Positions 26,882 through 40,400 of a DNA stretch of 64,000 nt are shown piece after piece. Numbering within the stretch: the stretch's first letter is position 1; each line of letters opens with the position of its first letter. Source of the DNA: Gnetum montanum. Its lineage: Eukaryota > Plantae > Gnetophyta. Where the stretch lies: the NCBI GenBank assembly GCA_015680685.1, contig MNCI01000181.1:62001-126000 (forward strand), written 5' to 3'. The notes under the pieces are model-generated. The model saw only the letters and a list, made by a program, of their open reading frames with translations. It was not told where the DNA came from and ran no database searches. The translations under genes were made by a program, and so were the position numbers.

Positions 26882-29800
26882 ATGGACGAAACTTTATCTG
26901 CACCCCTAGACTTAATAGGCCCACATGGGGGAATCATTAGACAATTTAATCCCACACTAGTAGAAACTAACCTTGCCCTCAATGACACAACCATAGCCAC
27001 GTCAAAAACATTCCTAGACTGGCCAAAATAATCGACGTGCACGCTAGATCTGGAGGCTGGAGATGTAATCGAAGACCCTCTTAACGAGGTCTCTATGGTT
27101 ACGCATAAAGGTGAGACTAAAACTCTTAAGGTTAGTTCTTTACTGGACCAAAAGGCACATGACAACATAAAACAGGTGCTCCAGAACAACGTCACAATAT
27201 TCACTTGGTCATATGAAGATATGCCGGGACTAGACCCAAGACTAATACAACACAACATAATTCTAGATCCCCGTATTAAAACAATTAGACAAAAGGCACA
27301 GAAAATTAAGTCAGAAGTCATGCTAGTAGTACGTGATGAGATCACTAAACTATACCAGGCTAGTTTTATCCACACGGTCGATTACTCAAATTGGGTATCT
27401 AACATTGTAGTTGTCCCTAAGAAGACTAGAGGGATATGCATCTACATAGACTTCTGAGACTTGAACAAAGCTACAATCAAGGACAATTTCCCACTACCGA
27501 GTATCGACCAACTAGTAGATACAACAGCTGGGCATGCACTTTTATCCTTCGTGAATGGCTTTTCAGGCTATAACCAGATTCGCATCAACCCAGAACACCA
27601 GCTGACAACAACATTCATGACATCCTGGGGGACCTTTTATTACACTATGATGCCTTTTGGTTTTAAAAATGTCAGAGCTACGTATCAACAAGCTATGACG
27701 TACATCTTTAGCGATTACCTCCTAGGGAGACTAAATGATTATGTTGACAATATAGCTGTTAAGTCTATAAGGTCAGAAGATCATTCGGAGGATCTGAAGT
27801 TAGTCCTTAAAAGATGCTCTAAATACGACCTCCGGCTCAACCCAAAGAAGTGCGTATTCAGAGTCAAAACTGGACACATGTTGGGGTTTGTGGTATCGAA
27901 AACTGGCATACAAGTAAATCCTGACAAGGTTAAGGCCATTGTCAAATTGACACCCCCTACAAATCTCAAGAAATTATACGGATTGCAAGGGAGGTTACAG
28001 TTTATCAGGCGGTTCATCTCAAGATTAATGGATAAGTTACATCCTATGTAGCATCTGCTTAAAAAGGGGGTTAATTTTGAATGGACAGATGATTGTCAGT
28101 GTGTGTTTGACAGCTTGAAACAAGAACTTCAACGTTTGCCAATAGTATTCCCGCCACAAAGGGATCAGCCATTCTACATTTACCTCGCAATCTCAGGCGT
28201 AGCCTTAGCTGCATTACTCTGTCAAAAGAGAGGTGATGGGTCAGAAGTACCCATATACTACTTAATTCATGCTCTATGTGCGTATGAAACAAGGTATAAT
28301 GAAGTAGAGTGTAATTGTTTAGCGTTGGTATTTATGCTCAAAAAGTGTAGACATTATCTCTTCCGTAGCCAAGTCAATATAATCTGCAAAAATAACATCC
28401 TTAGGGCTATTACACATAACTTATATGAAAGTAGTAGGATAGCTCGTTGGAAAGCTATCACGGCAGAATTTGATTTGCATTACATTGGTCAATCTTTTAC
28501 GAAAGGCCAAGCGATAGCTGACCAACTAATAACATCACCTATTGACAGTCAGGCAACGATAGAGACTGAATTTCCCGACGAACATGTACATAGTTTAAGC
28601 CCTATTCTAACAGGCCTCAAAGCAACGTTACATTTTGATGGAGCTTCAACCACTAGAGGCGGCAGTACCGCCATGGTCATTACACTGTCACCTAAGGATG
28701 TATGTATGCACGCCTACCGCTTAACCTTTCCTTATACGAACAACATGGCAGAGTACAAGGGGCTCCTCAGAGAATTATTAATAGCCAGAGAGCTTGATGT
28801 TCAACACCTGGCGATTAGGGTCGATTTGATGCTTGTTATAAATCAAATCACAGGAGTCTATGCCTGCAAGGCTGCACATTTACAGCCCTACTGCGATATG
28901 GCTAAAGACCTTCTGAAGCAGTTCGCAACAACTGATGCCCAACACATGCCTCAAAATGACAACATGCTAGCCGATGCACTGGCTACATTAGCTTTAAATG
29001 TGAAACCACACCTATTTGACACTTGTCCCACCTTAATGACAGAGTGTGCAGATCCTATCATTTAGACGGCGCAAATATCTTCACTACTCGCGGATAGAAC
29101 ACCAGAGTGGTACGACAACATTAAAACTTACCTCCTACATGGCGAACCACTGCACGAGCTAACACGCACACAAAAAGATGCAATCCACAAGCGAGCTAGG
29201 AAATACGTCATCATAGGAGATAGTACCCTTTGTAGACGCTCTATTGATGGAGTACTGCTTACTTGCGTTAACAAAGACCAAGCACAACGTATAGTCGACG
29301 AAGTTCACGAGGGACTATGCGGAGGACACGTAGCCCCACGAGCCATGACCACTAAAATCCATCGCTTAGGGTATTATTGGCCGTATATGGAAAAATACTA
29401 TCTTACAAAGGTTAAAACGTGTGACACATGTCAACGTTACGCGAACCTTATACATGTGTNTCGTGACTGACAATGGGCCATAATTTAGCAGTGTGGAAAC
29501 CAAATATTTTTGTGATAGCCTTGGTATCAAACAATATTTTTCCTCACCTTATTACCCATAAGCAAATGGTCAAGCTGAAGTAACAAATAAGGTCATTATC
29601 AACTTGCTCAAGAAAATGCTCAGCAACAACAAAAGACAATGACATGAAAAGATCCTCTATGTGCTATGGGCATCGTACCACATGTAGAAAAACTACAGAC
29701 AGTACACCCTATAGCCTAGTCTATGGATCTGAGGTGGTGCTGCCCCTCGAATTACAAGTTCCTTCTCTATGGATGGTCCTCTCCACGATTATAAAAGACG

Positions 29801-30117
29801 CTCAACACACCGAGTCTCGGACCATGGATTTGGACTCAATAGAAGATAAGCGAATACAAACGCTTGATACCATCGAAAAGTATCAAGATAAGCAGAGGCA
29901 GAAGCACTATCATAATCTTCAACAACATCTGATCGAGAAGGGAGATTTGGTTCTCAAGGCCATTCATGAACCAGTAGGCAAGTTCTCTACAAACTAGGAG
30001 GGCCCTTTCTTGGTAGCTAATGTGTATGACAACGGTGCATTCAAGCTAGCAGATATCAATGACAACGAGTTACCAAATCCCGTGAACCATATATACCTAA
30101 AGCGGTACTACATCTAG
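26882..30117 (+). pseudogene. pol: pol of element A: RT - RNase H - archaeal-type RNase H - integrase
   Basis: RT 'KDNFPLPSIDQLVD...GFSGYNQI...MPFGFKN...YVDNI'; RH (~28103-28560); aRH 'LHFDGAS...NNMAEY...NMLADALA' (~28630-29000); INT zinc finger (H..C GGH...C..CQ) and 'VTDNG', 'NGQAE', 'PYSLVYG' motifs; a single N at 29460 marks a gap in INT. Confidence 0.95.
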
Positions 30118-30139
30118 CTGCATATCCAATGTTAACATC

Positions 30140-30790
30140 AGGCACAATGATCGTCTGCTACGATGTAAAACTGGCACTCTCCTCACGCGTCCACCACGAT
30201 GCTAAACTAGCAATGATCATCCGCTACGATGTAAAACTGGCACTCTCCTCATGCGTCTGCCATGACGCTAAACTTGCAATGATCGTCTGCTATGATGTAA
30301 AACTAGCACTCTCCTGACGCATTCGCCATGACACTAAACTAGCAATGATCGTTTGCTATGACGTAAAACTGGCACTTTCTGCACACATCCGCCACAACGC
30401 TAAACTAGCAACGATTGTCCGCCACGATGTAAAACTAGCAAATTGCAATCGTCCGCTACGACATAAAACTGGTAGTGTTGTATAGGTCCGCCAAGACGTA
30501 AAACTGGCATTTCCTGCATGTGTCCGCCATGACACTAAACTGGCACAGGTGAGTATCCGTCTGCTGGGACGTGAAACCAGCACAAAGCTATCCCTGGGTC
30601 ATGACATGAACCTGACATCCATAGCATGGTCCAATGAGACCATAAATCAGCTCTACCACCGTCAGCTATGACGTAAAACTAGCATTTTTCAATCCGCCCA
30701 GACTTTAAACCAGGACCATGGTCTGCTGGGACTTAAAACTAACAACAGTAGTCTACTAGGACTTAAAACTGGGACCTACAGACTGCCTAC
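30140..30790. repeat. Tandem array in the 3' UTR of A (33-35-bp subunits forming a ~68-bp dimer; core (G/C)TAAAACT(G/A)GCA)
   Basis: Repeats of gcaatgatcgtctgctacgatgtaaaactggcactctcctcacgcgtccaccacgatgctaaacta, degenerating rightwards. Confidence 0.92.
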
Positions 30791-31962
30791 ATACGAATTA
30801 GGTGATCATAATCATCTCTGTGCGGCTGCAAAATGAACGAGATGGGATGTTGGGATAGCCCCAGCATCCCTACCTCACAGGCATTCTACTGATTCATTGG
30901 ATATGTTGAAAGGCATACTACTGACCCCTCGGAGATGCTATCACTGCACCCATTTCACTGGTGGCACCTCTGAGAGGTTAATTTTACCATCTGGAGCCCC
31001 AAAGGAGTTCTCATTAACCACAACCTTGGGGACCTCCGCTCATAATCACTATTAGACTCTGGCTTCACAGATTCACCTAGCTGGTTCTTTGCATAACCAG
31101 TTGGGTGCGATGAGTCTGATTTGTTTTGGCGGCGATATGCTAGGCCGAGCATCAACATTGAGACCCTGGCCTCTCGCTATGGTCCCTTGCTCATGGCCCG
31201 CTCACTCTTTCTCACCCAGAATGATACTTGTTTCAACAACTTCTCCAGTGGTTCGGCTGAGAAATGGTGTCCTCTATTTTCTTCTTTGATTATAGGTTAC
31301 TTGCTATAAGAACGTCGTTCAAAAGTGCGTTCACCTGAGCAATGAAGTACAAACAGCGTTTTGAGATGGCTGCTTCGGTTAGCCTGTCTATTTAGGAGCG
31401 CAACCTTATTTTCCTTATAATCCTACCTCTTGTCCTTATTCTCCTCCTTAGTCGTTCCATCTGTTTTCCTTGCACAAAATGTGAATATGCAGCATATGCT
31501 TTCCGCATCTGCATTACAGTCAAGTCCATGAACTAGCGCAACGCAACTCACCTAGTGGACGCCAAAAAAAATAGGAGGGTCAGCAAAATGGATGAAACAC
31601 AACTCATCTAGGCTATGTAGATGCAACATAATTCATCTATGCAAGCCCCTTCATCTACAATATGACAGCATAACTCCATGCAAATGCAATCATAGGAGGA
31701 GGCCTAATTACTTATGCGCGAAAAGCTATACCCACACACTTGAGTCTTCCCCGAACCTCTCTTGAGTCTTCCCCAAACCTCTCTCCTCTTACCTCTGTAA
31801 GAATTTCCTCCCATATCATTTTATCTCCCATTTTCCTCATTTCTGCTCTTTTACATTGATAGGGAGACACTTGAGTAACGGTTGATGAACGTTGTTGGTA
31901 CTTTTATCCATCTGGTGTTTCGTATTCTTTGTTGACGTCTTTCGGGCAAGCCCTCTAAACGT

Positions 31963-31978
31963 CAACAAAGAGGGACCA
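31963..31978 (+). promoter_or_regulatory. Polypurine tract of element A
   Basis: CAACAAAGAGGGACCA immediately before the 3' LTR. Confidence 0.8.
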
Positions 31979-31979
31979 T

Positions 31980-33573
31980 TGAAACACCGTGAAAATTGTG
32001 AATCAGCCTAGCGCAAAGATTCACGATTCAAGCAAAAGTTTGCAACAGAAATCCAGAAGATAGAACAAGGCAAAGAGGTGCGCAGCATCAAGTCTCCAAG
32101 TTTCTTACAAATTCCAACCTTACTTTGTTTTCTCTCTTTACGCTGCATTATGCAACATAGCATAATATCGCTCAGCGTAACTCTACTTAATGTAGCCTGA
32201 TATCAGAAAGTAACTTGCTTCGGCGAATTTGACGAAGTTTAAGGTCTAAGCAGCGGGATATACGACTTGTCACATATTCCGCTAAGTCTTTTGTTCAGGG
32301 CTAAATTTACGCTCCATTACACAGAGCAGCATAATGAGCTTCGAGGAAGTCAAAGTTAGAGTCCAAAGAAGCATGGAAAATTGATTTCTTCTTTTTTGCA
32401 AATTGGTCGCTTTACGCTTATTACGCTACGTTGCGTAAACAAGCATAACTTGTTGTAAAGTTGACAATTTTATGCTCTATTACGCTTTGCGGCATAAATG
32501 AGCATAAAACAGCTTGAGTTAACTACTTCTATGCTCTATTACGCTCTGCCACGCTATGCAGCGTGAACAAGTGTAATACAACGTAAGGCCAACTAAGGCG
32601 GTACCAGACATGCACCTGCTATCTATATGCAACAATACGGTTATCAGCATATCGCAGCGTAATCATGAGGTGGCCTCAACAGGAGTGGTTGATAGTGTAC
32701 TTTGTCCCTTTTCCCAAAAATGTGATGTAACATGACCAACTTCAACATAAAATTTGCCAAGTCAACGGTACTCTGAAAGTTCGAGACACGTGTCATAGGG
32801 GCCATGCCTTCTCCACATGATGCTGAACTTATAAATACTCTAGTTGATGAAGAAAAAAGAGGGGCTTCCTCCTTTTTGGCAAAGATAGAAGACATTTTTT
32901 GAGCATTGGCAACAGGAGTGATCAGTCTTTTGGCAAAAATACAGTTCTCTCCATTGGTGATCATTAGCATCTTTGAGCAAAGACTATTGAAGGCAAAAAA
33001 GAGTAGATCAGAGATCAAGAGATCATTTGGTATGATTGGTGAGTTTTATTGATCAAAAATAGTTGATCGATAGACATCCAAACTTGACCTTCCTTGCATT
33101 CCACCTTTGGCTTATGAGGTAGATCGAGCTTCATTCTGTACTCCCTTTTGAACAGTTTTCTTGTTGTTTTGTGTATGCTTCGCACAAGATAAGCAGAGTT
33201 TGCTACTAGAACATTGTATATAATATACTTAGTTCTCGAGTCAAAACATAGATCTTAGAATTGTGCATCTTTTCTAAATTGGATCTTCCTTGTCGTGTTG
33301 ACGTTGTCGTTATTTCAAATTATTTACATTGTTTTCTACTCCTTCTATGATTCATCAAATCAATTTGTTTCATGGAATATCTATATAATACGTATATTAT
33401 CGCGATATTCATTAATTTACTGGTTAAGTAAGTCCCTGTCTGATCGACAAGACCATTTAGGGCACCACGGATTCGTTTTCTCCAGCACGACCCTTGCACG
33501 GATCCATGGTTAAGACTGTGTACACGGATTTTTGTTTAGTATTTTCCAGCGACCGACATTTTCTGCCGTTACA
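31980..33573 (+). repeat. 3' LTR of element A (1594 bp)
   Basis: Preceded by PPT, followed by TSD CCATG; homologous to 16223-17818. Confidence 0.97.
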
Positions 33574-35705
33574 CCATGTGCAATATTGTCACACATAACT
33601 TTGTGTCCAGTAAACATTCATTAGGTAGTTCTACTTAGAAGACTAAAAATATGATGAGGAGGAAACACATCATCAACCTATCATATTTTTGCTATAACAA
33701 CATAATATAGAAGATTAAGTATCTGAATAGAGACAAGAGGAATGTCTATGCCTTTCCAAGACTTATCAAAAAACTTTGCAAATTGGTAGACATAGTAAAT
33801 CATGTGAGAGGACATCTCACAATAATAAGTATGGTGAAATGAAAGAACATAATGGTGGTTTCTCCACAAAAATGTCCTAATATCATTGGGGCCATACCCT
33901 ATTTGGAGGATGAGATGACTTCCATGGAATTATCTTGTATCCAACCTTTAGAATAGCTTCACCCACACTAATCCAAAGCACTAGCCAAACCTCAAGTATC
34001 TTAACGAATGTAGTTGAAATGGCCTAGTAGATCCACTTTCCAACCTTCTAGCTTTAACATTAAGAAAAGTGTAGAACTTCTTTCTGGTGATGGTTCTTGA
34101 CCTATCATGCATATCGAAGGTGATGGATAAGCTACCAAAATCCAAATTTAATGGTTGCATGACCTTAGTAGCAATTTTCTACAAATGATGGAAGCCATCA
34201 TGGATGGTAAGGAAATAAGAGAGAATATCTTCTAGTCATCCTTCCATGGATTATTTTGATGTCCATGTTTAGTATTATGCTCATGTGCCTTCAAGAACTA
34301 TTTCCTCTTTACACTGATCACAACATAGCATGCATAACATCTAGCATATGGTTGAAGTTCTTTAGGTACTCACTAATCAACTTGGGACTAGCCACTAGAT
34401 GAAGTAGGATTAAAGAGTTGATCCTAAACTAAATTGCTATTGAGGAATATCCCTAGTATTGTTAAGACTAAACTTTTTAAGGTATGGACTAAGTTGGAAA
34501 TTGCTAATGTTGATCGTACATTTTATTATAGGATTTACAAAGAAACTAGACTAAGGTATGATGGTTGCATGAACAATTAAAGCATCTTATATCATTGGTA
34601 CAAACACCTTTCACAATTAATCTAGAGGTGTGGATTGAATGCCTGTAGGTTGAACTTTCTTAGGAACATTAGGTTTTTGAAAAAGCTATGTTAATGAAAG
34701 ATGACTTGGAGCACCAAATAAAAATGTTGGTTTATTAGTCCCAAGAATGAAAAAGGATGAACAAGGAAAAGAATGAAAAAAGGTACTTTCCCTTTCCCAA
34801 AAAGTATAAATGTTGAAGGACAAAATTCAAATCATGGCTCAATTTTTGGATGTTTACCTTTACACAGAGAAAGAACACTAGAGCTTGGGACAAGATATGA
34901 CCAATAAGAGTACCAAAAAAACTAATAAGCTTTGAGAATCCATCTAATCAAGAAAATAAACTAGGATGTTGAGGTACGTAGATTATAGAAAACTGTAGCT
35001 TTATTAAATAAATGAAAAATTTCAGAGAAGTTTGAGGTAAAGGAAAACATCAATACCTTACATGCAAAACTTTGTTAAATAGCTATAAGTCACCTAGCAT
35101 TATAAGAGAAAATGGACCCATTAAGAAACATGTACATTTTCCGCCATGAAGAAAATTTTTTTATCCTTAAGAGAAGACTCAAGGAAGCTAAAGAGAATGT
35201 GTAGGTATAATGAAGGAGGTATCTCTATGTGGTCCAAATTTCTATAGGTTGACTACATGTAGAGCTAGAATAGAAGCTCCATTGAGTGGTGGTTAAGTTA
35301 AATCTAGCTTAGTATAAGCTCTTGTAGGCTAAGAGGAGTCATGAGTAGTTCTCGAATGATGCTAAGGAATGATAAAAATCACTCCTATAAAAATAAGGAT
35401 TGATTCATAAGCAAAATTAACTCTAAGTAAGGGTGATGGATCTGGAGAAACAACTTCATAGATTTCACATGTTCACACCTAGCTCTTCTAGCTTCTTTTC
35501 CTACCAAGTAAGCATGTTAGGTGGATTCTTCTCTTAGCCATCATTCCTTGGCACTTATTAATAGGTGGCTTATACTTCATTATAAGATAGTCATGGTTTT
35601 TCCTTTATCCATTATATTCTCCACATTGATAATGTATTATATCTAGTTCTAGTCTTGAGTTGAGATTTAAAGCTATGGAACTAGCTTTACATAATCATGG
35701 GGGTA

Positions 35706-36984
35706 TGACAAGTCATCTTGTGGTATCTTGTACATTAATTGTAAGCCCTAGATTCAAGATGTATCTCATGGATTTTGTATTTATGATTTTCATTGACATG
35801 ATTAAGGTTTCTATCTTCTAGGTATGCATCCTTGCCTTCATGTTCCCACTTATAGGTTTGGAACATTTTTCAAGCTTATTGGGAATTTTCTAGCTTCATT
35901 TGGAGATCCTCATAAGGTTTTGACTTGTTCCTAGGTATCTTAACTTTCATCTAGGAAAACAAGGATAGAGTATGATCGTAGGGATGCACTAGCCTTCCTG
36001 CATCAATGCACACTCTATGTCAATATAGTGGCCCTGACACAACCTCCTTGATTCCTTGGTTTGAGTACTTTACCTCTCTATTTGCTTCAACTATGTTCTA
36101 GGTTATCCAAGCTATGCTAACAAACCTCCATTAATGCTTGGGCACTAGTGAACCCTTGTTGTTATGTTTTGAAAAATATAAATACTTGGGATGAGGTCCA
36201 TATGAAATGAACTTAGTTCCAGGCATTTCATTTGAGATTTTGGCATCTAGTTTCATGTGAAGAGCTCTTCTTCACTTAGGAATCCCTATTTTTTTTTGTT
36301 TTAAGTCATCACTTTCACAAGTGCAATTAGACTTTGTTAGAGTGCTACCTTGCTTACTAGCCGCAAAATCATTTGGTTGATGCAGAGTCTAGTGTTTGTA
36401 TAGTGAATAAAGCTTATAATTTTTCTAAAGTTTGCACAATTGATACCTTAAATGTTAAAATATAAAAAAATATTATATGACATTAAAATCATAAAAAAAA
36501 TATTCATTTTTTCATTTAAATAAGTTGTGATGATTCATCCTTATCCAAGGAGATCACAACTATATTACATGTTGTTGGATCTTTAAGGTTGTGACTAAGA
36601 GACATTTTATTGCATTTTGAAAATGTGTATGTGTGTATGTGGTGTTGCACCTATCACATGAGCAATTGCAACATGAGAATTACCCCTATACCCATGTGGG
36701 ATTGTAATGTATGTGTCTTTATATTTATTTTATTCTTATGTTTATAAAATCCATAAAAAGAATAAAACATAAAATTATAAATATTTTCTCAACCTCATAC
36801 TATGGTAACATGGGTTTCTATCTATATTATATGTATTATAATATCTTTCATATTTATTTAATGCAATGATATACATGAGTATTCTTGATCATCCATTCAA
36901 CATATTCCTTGAAGCTTACAACTAGATTATACAAAGATTTGTATGATATATCCCATTGGTCAAAAAATAGTGGGACTCCTATTA
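35706..36984 (+). repeat. 3' LTR of element B
   Basis: Preceded by PPT catgggggta; starts TGACAAGTCATC; followed by TSD GTGTG. Confidence 0.85.
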
Positions 36985-37479
36985 GTGTGGGGGACATCTC
37001 CTTCATGGGTAAGACATATCCTATAAGTTCAGATGTCTCAACAGTTTAGGAGATGTCTTCTCTAAGGTGTCTCCACTCTAGAGAGATGTCTTCAATAATT
37101 TTGAGACATCTCCTGTGAAGTTTTTATTCTTGGTAGAGACATCTCCTAGATCTTCTAGATGTCTCATATGAAGTCCTAGCTTCTGGACAAGACATCTCCT
37201 TAACTTCCAAGATGTATTCATAAATCTTGAAACCTATAAAACACATGTAGAGGTAGAATAAGGAAATTTGAAGATATGTTCTTACACCAACCGATTACAT
37301 TATCCTCTAACTTCCAACACTTATACCAACTTCATTTTCATGAAGGAAGAGATAATGCTCTCTAAATAGTCAAATCCACTTTGTTATCCTCTTCAAGGCA
37401 TGACTAGAGTGGGCCAACATAGTTGCAAAAAAATGTTAAGTTATACTATCAAATTAACCATTAAAGAATTGACTTACCA

Positions 37480-40400
37480 TATAAGACTCCTAGGTATCCA
37501 ATCTAATGTTAAATGGATCATAGGTTGACTACCCAACTATGAAATCTCACCTCCTATTAACAAGATTTCTTGAAGATACTACCCCAACTCTTACTATAAA
37601 AAATAATAGCAAATGGTCTAGTCTACCTACAACTTCCTCATTGTCAAAAATTTTGAAATGTCTTTATCATTTGTTGGATTTTCTCTTATTTAGGTTATGA
37701 TGATGCTATTGTTTTTTCTTCTCTTGATATCCTTTCATGTTAGTCAACATTTGTATTTGTTATTCCTCCATAAAATCGAGGTTAATGATATGTAGCTCCT
37801 TATTTGGCTCATCATTGATGATCTTAAATAGAGCTACCCTTAATGACGGAAGTTGCCATTCAAGAGGTAAAATAGCTTTAGATTCATAAAAAGGGATATA
37901 CAAGGTGGCACTAGTTATAGTTCTAAAGGTTATTCTATAGGCTCAAAGTGCATGTATGAGTTGTTCATCACATTTGCATTTTCTATTATTTAGCATATTC
38001 TTAAGGAGATTTATGATGACCTTGTTGCTATCTTTGGCTTGCCCACTAGCTTGTGGATAGTATAGTAATGAAAAGGAATGTTTGATGTTCAATTGTTAAC
38101 AAAATGTTTGTGTTTCTTAGCTACTAAAATATGGTCCATTATCTATGAAAATAGTTAAATATAAGCTAAAACAAGACACTATATTGTCTAATACAAATCT
38201 ATAGACTTGTTGAGATGTTGTTTTCCTCATAGGAATAGCTTCAACCCGCATTGTAAAATATTCGATTGCAATGATGATGAATCTATGTCCTATAGAATAC
38301 CTAGGCATTATAGATCTGATAATGTTAATTTATCATTGTTGGAACAACAATGTGATCTAAGTAGTACGTAACCCAATTGGAAAAACGTGTATCAAGTTAC
38401 TATGCCATTAACAGACTTCATACGTTTTAACCTTCTCTAGGCAGTCGATTTCCATATAGGATTAATAGTATCCTAAGCATCTAATCTTTGTGGCCATGGT
38501 TCTAGCCCCTATGTGTCCTCCACATATACCATAGTAAACCTACTTAAGAACTATGAGATCATCTACTTTTCCCAAGCATACTAACAATATTCCATTGTAG
38601 AACCTTTGACATAATGTGTTATCAACTATGAGGACATTTTTTCTTAATTTTTTATGTATAATGTTCTTTTTAGAGGTAGTTAGGTCTGTAGAGGTTCATC
38701 ATGCATTAGGTAAAACTTAATTTTGTCATACTATTCTTGTTGAGGAACATTATCAATGGTGGCTATAGAGGTATCCTCAATGCTCTACGTGAATGGAAGA
38801 ACATAGTTCTTCATCAAGGAAGGTAGCTTGACAAACACATATGGCATCATACTTAGAGTTGAGATGGCAATGACATCAACTAACATGTTCTTAACTTGGG
38901 GAATATGTTATATATCAACATCTATAAGTTGTAACATGAGTTTTCTAGCTAGGTCACAATAAGGTTTTAAATGTTTGGCTTTACATTCATAGACCTTGAT
39001 TACTTGGTTAACCACAAGTTATGAATCATCTTTTATCATTAAACTTGTGATTTCTTGGTTACAAGCTACCATCATTCCTTTAATTAATTCTTCATATTCC
39101 ACTACATTGTTTGTACATGGGAATTAGAAACAATAAGTGAAAGGTTGGATCTCACTAGAGGAAAATGTTATGATGGTAGTAGTAATAACCCCTTGGGAAA
39201 TTGAAGCTTTATCAAAGTGCATGATGGTCTCATATTCTTTAGGTACCTTGTTAACAATTTTAACATGTTCATCAGGGAATTTAGTATCTATGGCTACACT
39301 ATCCTCAATTGGGGAAGTAGTAAGTTGTGTGGCTATAGCTTGATCTTTCCTTAAGGCTTGGAAGATGTAATGTAGATCAAACTCAATGATTATGACCTTA
39401 TACTAGGCTATTTGGATACTCTCCTATATATTGGTTGTTATGGCTCTTAGCACATTTTCCTTGCATGTGACATTGACCTAGCTCCTAAAGAGGTAGTGTC
39501 TCCACTTATTTCGAGAGAAGACTAGGGATAAATAGTACTTCTAAACCTCTTTGTACTGAGTCTCATAAGCTATCAATGCATGGCTCAAATAATAAATGAA
39601 TAGCTCTACTCCATCATCTTTTTTTGTCAAAGTAGAGAGGCTATGGACATGTCAGGGATTGCAAGGTAGATGTAAAATTACTTATTCTTCTAATGTGGGC
39701 ACATGATGGATAGTTGGGACAACTCTTACTTATTTTTTATCAAATTCTTTTTGGCATTAGTTAGTCCATTCATAGTAAACTCCCTTCTTAAGAAAGTGTT
39801 TCATGGATTGTAGCTTATTTGTAAGCCTTGAGATAAACCTATGAATAAATTGTAATCTACCTTATGATCCTCATAGTTTCTTAAGGTTAGTAAGTACTAC
39901 CAAGTTGGTTATTGCCTTAACCTTATTAATATCAACATGTATCCCTACCTCTGATACTACAAAACCAAGCTTCTTACTAGTTTTCATACCAAAGACATAC
40001 TTCTTAGGATTAAGTCTAAGATCATACTTGAAACATCATTGAAGTACTAGGCTTAGGCCATGGGCATAGTTATTGGCCATCTTGGACCTTATGTCTATGT
40101 TTTCAACATAATCATAAAGTAACCCTAGCATGTAGTAATTGAAAATGTAGGTTATGGCTCATTAATAGGTTGCACCTACATTCTTTAGACTGAATGGCAT
40201 CATGGTATAATAAAAGGTTTTCCAAGGGGTCATGACAATTATGTAGAGTTGATGCTCTAGATTAATCCTAACCTGGTTTCATCCTAAGAACCTATTCATA
40301 AATAATAATAGGGTATGATTAGCTATAGTATCGATAAGTTGATCAATACTAGGAAAATGGAAATTATCTTTAAAGGTTGTCTTATTAAGGTTTTGGAAAT

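Larger units (their letters stand above)
16223..33573 (+). mobile_element. Element A: full-length Ty3/Gypsy LTR retrotransposon, Tat clade (Ogre/Retand-type order gag-PR-[spacer]-RT-RH-aRH-INT), 17,351 bp, degenerate
   Basis: Two ~1.6-kb LTRs (TGAAACACC...GTTACA); exact TSD CCATG at 16218-16222 and 33574-33578; PBS at 17825; PPT before 31980; gag, PR, RT, RH, archaeal-type RH and INT remnants in order. Confidence 0.97.
15550..34300 (+). pseudogene. Env-like/ORF2 remnant of Athila B, split by insertion of A (parts ~15550-16222 and 33579-~34300)
   Basis: 'EVGEFYQTL' (~15971-15997) resembles the VREFY motif of Athila/SIRE extra ORFs; reading continues across the empty site as 'FLVYNAM|CNIVTHNFVSSKHS'; boundaries approximate. 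Confidence 0.5.
8671..36984 (+). mobile_element. Element B: old Athila-like Gypsy element, apparently non-autonomous (~11 kb without nested A)
   Basis: LTRs 8671-~9951 and 35706-36984 are homologous; exact TSD GTGTG at 8666-8670 and 36985-36989; decayed tRNA-Asp-type PBS at 9953; PPT GGGGG before 35706; gag remnant. Confidence 0.85.
1413..37286 (-). mobile_element. Element D: old chromovirus (CRM-like RT, chromodomain-like INT tail); host of the nested cluster
   Basis: 5' LTR pieces 36985-37286 + 8010-8665 + 6392-6413 (~980 bp); decayed tRNA-iMet PBS at 6378-6389; gag-pol at ~1760-6330; PPT at ~1697-1710; 3' LTR begins at 1692 and is cut at 1413. Confidence 0.85.

Noticed and set aside
29455-29465. 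Apparent loss of the first part of the integrase core in A (jump from 'NLIHV' to 'VTDNG')
   Set aside because: The junction coincides with an N at 29460, so it is probably an assembly gap and cannot be called a biological deletion
30140-30790. Regularly spaced repeats resembling a CRISPR array
   Set aside because: No unique spacers and no cas genes; this is a degenerate tandem array in a plant retrotransposon UTR
36969-36974. Alternative end of B at 36969 with imperfect TSD GTGGG
   Set aside because: An exact GTGTG at 36985-36989 restores colinearity of the host D LTR
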